From an uncultured bacterium (GTDB taxonomy: Bacteria > Krumholzibacteriota > Krumholzibacteriia > LZORAL124-64-63), in NCBI GenBank assembly GCA_963727525.1, contig CAVSGO010000007.1:2272001-2336000 (forward strand): a stretch of DNA of 64,000 nucleotides. Reading direction: 5' to 3'. The translations under genes and the position numbers were made by a program. Below are positions 59,930 through 64,000 of the stretch, one piece after another. Within the stretch, counting starts at the first letter, position 1; each line of letters starts with the position of its first letter. A model generated the notes under the pieces. It saw only the letters and a program-made list of their open reading frames with translations, was not told the DNA's origin and searched no databases.

Positions 59930-60609
59930 CAGCCGGAGCTGCGATCGCAGCGCGGCGTCAGTGTTCGCGGCAAGTTCCGTGCGCAAGTTGTTCAGCACCT
60001 GCGTTGTCCAGGCCGTCTGCCCACGGTGCAGCAGGGCAGCCAGCTCGCCGGACTCGGGCTGCGGCGTCGGAATCGTCGGCGATTGGAATGCGGCCGGGGC
60101 CAGAATTGCGACCAACGTGCGCATCCTTGTCTGCTCTACGGCGCAGAGGCACCCCGTGGCGTTTCAGCATCGGCCCACACGGCGCCGGCCGCGTTCTGCG
60201 CCCTGCGTCCCCGGTTTGCTGTCCGGGGAACCCCAGCCTACACCGAGTCCTGGCGTAATGCTGTCAACGCGTCTCCGGGCCTAAGCGCACCGAGACTGCG
60301 ATTGCACATGCCACCTCCGCACCCTTCTCGTCCCGGTAGGTAACCTTGAACTGGAGGCTCGTCGCCATCGCGGATTCTCCGGTGCGGTTCACGTCAGACA
60401 CATACATTTCCACGGCGAGCGGTAGCTCTTCCAGGCATTCACCGTCCGTGGTGGTGGCGCAGCCCGATCCCGCCGCCGACGCCGACAACGCCGCGGACCG
60501 CCAGGCGTGGGACGTTCCAGGATTCGGTATTGCCCCCCTCGCGGCGCCCGGATATACTCGTCGCGGGTTGTATTTCCATGAATGGCCCAGTCGCTACCGG
60601 GGGGATTCC

Positions 60610-62802
60610 ATGACACGCTGGCATGTCATCCGTTTCATGCTGCTACTCGGCTCGGGCGTAGCGATGGCGTTCGCACCCAGCGCGGGGGCGAGCGACGTGA
60701 CCCGCGACTGGCCCACGATCGCCACCGACCAGTCGCGCCAGGGGGGCGACACGGTCGAGTCGGCAACGGTGATCGTCTCCATTCCCTATTTCGCCATCGG
60801 CACGACCGCGGGATATGCCGACGACTACGACGTCCCTTGCCCATCGGCATCGGCGTCGGCGGACGTCGTGTATCGCTACGAGCCTTCGGTCGATCAGGAG
60901 ATCAACATCGATCTCTGTTCGTCGAGCTACAACACGAAGGTCTATGTCCTGGATGCCGCCGGCGGCGTCGTGGCATGCGACGACGACTATTATCACGAGT
61001 CGCCGTGCGGCCCCACCCGCTCGCGTGCGGAGGATGTGGCACTGCAGGCGGGGTCAACGTACTACATTGTCATCGATGGCTCGTTTGACCAGTCGGGTAA
61101 CTATCACCTCGCCGTCACGAACTACCATCCGCACGTGTTCTCTCCACCGTGGTACGCGCAGCCCGAAGGGGAACCACCGCTCGAGAATGGCTACGTCGAC
61201 ACCTACAATGGTGGCTGCAACACGCCGGGACCGCCCCAGGCGAGCTTCCACCCCTACGATCCCGCCATGGGTTACGCGGCGTGCGTGCACGGCCAGTCGG
61301 GCTGGTATCGCAACGAGGAGGGAATCTGGCACAGCGACTTCGACTGGTACATCATCCAGATCTACGCACAGGGATCCCTGGATCTCACCCTCGAGTCAAC
61401 GTCGCCGTGCTACGTGTATTGGCTCGAGCAGGGCTGGGACTGCGACAACCCCACCATTGCCGACTACGCTCTCGCCGAGCCGGGCCAGACCGCCCACTTG
61501 ACGATCAGCGGGCCATACGCGTCCCAGATCACCGTGGTCGTAGTACCGACGGCCCCCGAGCCGCCTCCGGACCTCCCGGGCCAGACGTTCTCATACCTTC
61601 TCGGCATCGACGCCTGGGAGCAACCTTACCAGATGCCCATGGCCGACTACAGCTACGGCTGCGCAACCATCTCGCATCCTCGCAACGGATTCTCCACCAA
61701 TATGGCCGCACTCCACGACGACTATTCGCCCGCACAGGCGTGCACGGTGTCGGCTGACGTGGCCCGCGACGGGATCTTCCAGGTCTATCTCTGGGCCGGA
61801 CAGCGGTTCACAATCGGCTGGATTGACATCTGGTATCCGACGCCGTTGCCACTCGTTGATCCGCAGGATGTCGTGTGTTTCTACCTGACGACGGATGCAC
61901 GCATGACGCCTGGGTCGTGCGTGTATGCTCGCTGCGGGTTGAACTCACCGTATGGTTTCACGACAACCTTCGCGGCGGAGGAGACTGGCTGGCACTATCT
62001 CATCTGCGACTACGATGCCTCGCCGAGTTCGTGGACCATGTTTGCCAACATCGAGTTCGCCGATTGGACGCAATTCGTTCCGCCGCCGGCGCCGCCCGCC
62101 AACGATCGCTGCGAGGGGGCGCCGACACTGCCTGTTGGGGTGTTCACCATAGCGGGCGACCTCACCGATGCGACAAACTCCTTCGATCCCGGACCCGACG
62201 GGTGCGTCGATCGCCCCGAGCTGAACAACACCGGTCGCGATGTCGTATACGAGGTCGACCTGCAGCAGGGGCAGGTCCTGGACGTGACGATGACGAGCAC
62301 GAACGGTGCGGAAGTGGTCATGTACCTCGTCAGCGACTGCGAGGTACCCGTGGGCGCGTGCGTTGCGTCGAGCGCGGTCCTTCAGGGCGCCACGCAGCTC
62401 GTATATCCGTCATTCCGCGACCAGACGCTGTGGCTCGTCTGCGATTCCTGGGGTCTGGGCGAAAGAGCGTTCACACTCACGGGCACCCTCAGTACCGCGA
62501 CCGGCATCGCCGACCCAGGCGCCGGCGCGACCGGGATCCACGGCATTCAGCCGAATCCCTGCAATCCGCGCGCGGTCGTTTCGTTCGGGTTGGCACGGGC
62601 CGGAATGGTCCAGCTCGGGGTCTACGACGTCCGCGGGCGACGCGTGGCCTCCCTGCTTGCGGGTTGGCAAGAAGCGGGGGATCACGCGGCCGTCTGGGAC
62701 GGCCGCGACGACGCGGGACGTGCGGTCGCGTCCGGCATCTACATGGTCCAATTGCGCACCGACGAGGCACGCGACATCCATAAGGTCGTGGTGCTGAGAT
62801 AG
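60610..62802 (+). CDS. Secreted Cys-rich protein with PPC-like beta-sandwich repeats and FlgD/T9SS-like C-terminal domain
   Basis: Signal peptide; 'RQGGDT...GTT.GY.DDYD..CP...DVVY', 'PANDRC'; QPNPCNP...HKVVVLR tail. Confidence 0.85.
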   Translation: MTRWHVIRFMLLLGSGVAMAFAPSAGASDVTRDWPTIATDQSRQGGDTVESATVIVSIPYFAIGTTAGYADDYDVPCPSASASADVVYRYEPSVDQEINIDLCSSSYNTKVYVLDAAGGVVACDDDYYHESPCGPTRSRAEDVALQAGSTYYIVIDGSFDQSGNYHLAVTNYHPHVFSPPWYAQPEGEPPLENGYVDTYNGGCNTPGPPQASFHPYDPAMGYAACVHGQSGWYRNEEGIWHSDFDWYIIQIYAQGSLDLTLESTSPCYVYWLEQGWDCDNPTIADYALAEPGQTAHLTISGPYASQITVVVVPTAPEPPPDLPGQTFSYLLGIDAWEQPYQMPMADYSYGCATISHPRNGFSTNMAALHDDYSPAQACTVSADVARDGIFQVYLWAGQRFTIGWIDIWYPTPLPLVDPQDVVCFYLTTDARMTPGSCVYARCGLNSPYGFTTTFAAEETGWHYLICDYDASPSSWTMFANIEFADWTQFVPPPAPPANDRCEGAPTLPVGVFTIAGDLTDATNSFDPGPDGCVDRPELNNTGRDVVYEVDLQQGQVLDVTMTSTNGAEVVMYLVSDCEVPVGACVASSAVLQGATQLVYPSFRDQTLWLVCDSWGLGERAFTLTGTLSTATGIADPGAGATGIHGIQPNPCNPRAVVSFGLARAGMVQLGVYDVRGRRVASLLAGWQEAGDHAAVWDGRDDAGRAVASGIYMVQLRTDEARDIHKVVVLR

Positions 62803-62834
62803 ACGGCAAACGCCGACGGCTCGATCATCGGCGC

Positions 62835-63095
62835 CTACTGCGGATACCTCGCCTCCCACCACGCCGGCCGCTCCCTCAGGTAGCGGGCGAAGTTGACGAG
62901 GATGGTGTCGTTCCAGCCGATGCGCTGGTCGTGGTCGAGGATCCGGTGGTCCTGGCCCTCGATCGGCACGTACTCCACGTCGCGACCGAGCAGTTTCAGC
63001 GCGGTGAAGAGCTGGTCGATCTCTCCCGGCAGCACGTTGGTGTCGGCGCTGCCGTGCAGCAGGAGCAGGGGTGTGTGGATGCGGTCGGCGTTTTC
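62835..63095 (-). pseudogene. C-terminal remnant of an S9-family (prolyl oligopeptidase-like) peptidase
   Basis: ADRIHTPLLLLHGSADTNV...EGQDH.I; the catalytic Asp/His region is present but the GxSxG region is absent. Confidence 0.75.
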
Positions 63096-63609
63096 GGAAC
63101 CCCTCTCTCCCCCGTGGCGCCAGCTCTCTGCCTCGATTCTACCATACTTTTCGCCGCGCCTTCGCGTGAGTATCGCCTGAGAACCTCGCGACACGCCCAA
63201 CACGATCGGCTCACGGCGTCGGTCTCACCAGCGTCATGCGTTGCGTCAGTACCTTACCGAGGTACCGCTAATTTATGAGCCGCGGCGAGCGGATAGTACC
63301 CGGAGGCGCTCGCCTCCCCCCATGAGCAACATGGGCAATACCAACTTGATCGCCGCCATGCGTGCGGGACATGATCGCACCTTTCGCTCCCCATGGAGCT
63401 GTGCCGAGGTCGATAGCCGAGATGCGCCGCTATCCACCGCACGGGCGCCAACACAACCAGCTCACTCCGCATTGACCGCCATCGCGATCGGCATACACGT
63501 CGCGGAATTCCCAAACGCCCAGTGCGGACTTTGTGATAGTCTCCGGCAAAGCCTATCGATGTGAACCTCTTGTTCTTTGCCAAATCAATTCTATCAGAGG
63601 GATCCTCCC

Positions 63610-64000
63610 ATGAGAAGTGCGTGCCGTCACTCGATGCTCGTCGCCACGATTTTGTTCTTCCTGTTACCCATAGCGACCGCGCTCGCCGACAACGTACGCC
63701 TGACCACCGACCCGGCGGAGGATACCGCACCCTGCGTCGACGTCGATTCGTCAGGCCAGGTTCGCGTCGCGTGGTCGCGGGATGTCATGGGTCACAAGCA
63801 GATCATGTGGGCAACGTACTCGCGCTTCGGCGAGGTCCTCTTCGGTCCCGTGCAGGTCACGGATTCGACGAGCGATTCGGGCAGTCCGAATATTTCCCTC
63901 GACGGACAGGACCGGAGCTTTCTCGTCTGGCAAGAGGGCGCAGGCACATCGGCCAAGACGTGGTTCGCGCGGATCGAGGCGGACGGCACCGTGGGAGTCG
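63610..64000 (+). CDS. Secreted beta-propeller-like protein, partial (runs off window end)
   Basis: Manual translation: MRSACRHSMLVATILFFLLPIATALADNVRLT...P.V.VDSSGQV.VAW...P.I.LDGQDR.FLVWQE; GAGG RBS. Confidence 0.75.
   Translation, partial: MRSACRHSMLVATILFFLLPIATALADNVRLTTDPAEDTAPCVDVDSSGQVRVAWSRDVMGHKQIMWATYSRFGEVLFGPVQVTDSTSDSGSPNISLDGQDRSFLVWQEGAGTSAKTWFARIEADGTVGV

Noticed and set aside
59930-60490. Short ORFs between the VOC gene and the 60610 gene
   Set aside because: Possibly further gene debris, but no family could be supported.
1544-62802. Flagellar hook-capping (flgD) genes
   Set aside because: Only the Ig-like tail resembles FlgD; it is fused to Sec-exported passengers and there are no flagellar genes in the window.
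399-62862. Many long antisense or alternative-frame ORFs (e.g. 399-1448, 4328-5671, 7431-8915, 25326-26693, 29883-31742, 47686-49122)
   Set aside because: They are shadow ORFs of high-GC genes: Arg/His/Val-rich, without motifs, and overlapping better-supported CDSs.
1-64000. tRNA, rRNA or known riboswitches
   Set aside because: No cloverleaf, rRNA signature or canonical riboswitch consensus was recognised by eye; an Infernal/tRNAscan run would be decisive.

Overview
High-GC accessory region (about two-thirds GC by eye) of a bacterium that is probably an FCB-group candidate-phylum lineage (Krumholzibacteriota/Latescibacterota-like; this is inferred from protein families only). It is dominated by large secreted proteins that share a C-terminal FlgD-Ig/T9SS-like tail (PNPFNP...YDxxGRxV...WDGxD...SGxY...K/RxxLxK/R; 14 loci counting pseudogenes and fragments). 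These include a gingipain/C25-family protein, a HEXXH metalloprotease-like protein and several beta-propeller and beta-helix proteins. Two other C-terminal tags also occur: a WGxIK motif and a dockerin-like motif. Two IS elements have recognisable ends: an IS1380-family element, and an IS1-like zinc-finger DDE element with 21-bp TIRs and a 3-bp direct repeat. The window also holds a 380-bp dispersed direct repeat, a TetR-DHFR-like-VOC operon with a perfect operator, two minimal nucleotidyltransferases and many gene remnants joined at apparent deletion junctions. The most notable candidate system is at 34148-35157: a CutF/CruR(DUF2946)-like leader ORF (signal peptide, CxxC, C-terminal PPVPPPR) whose last codons can base-pair with the Shine-Dalgarno of a downstream exported protein made of Cys/His/Met-rich 14-aa repeats. 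This suggests a metal-sensing ribosome-stalling switch controlling a metallothionein-like protein. No rRNA, tRNA or CRISPR array was recognised.
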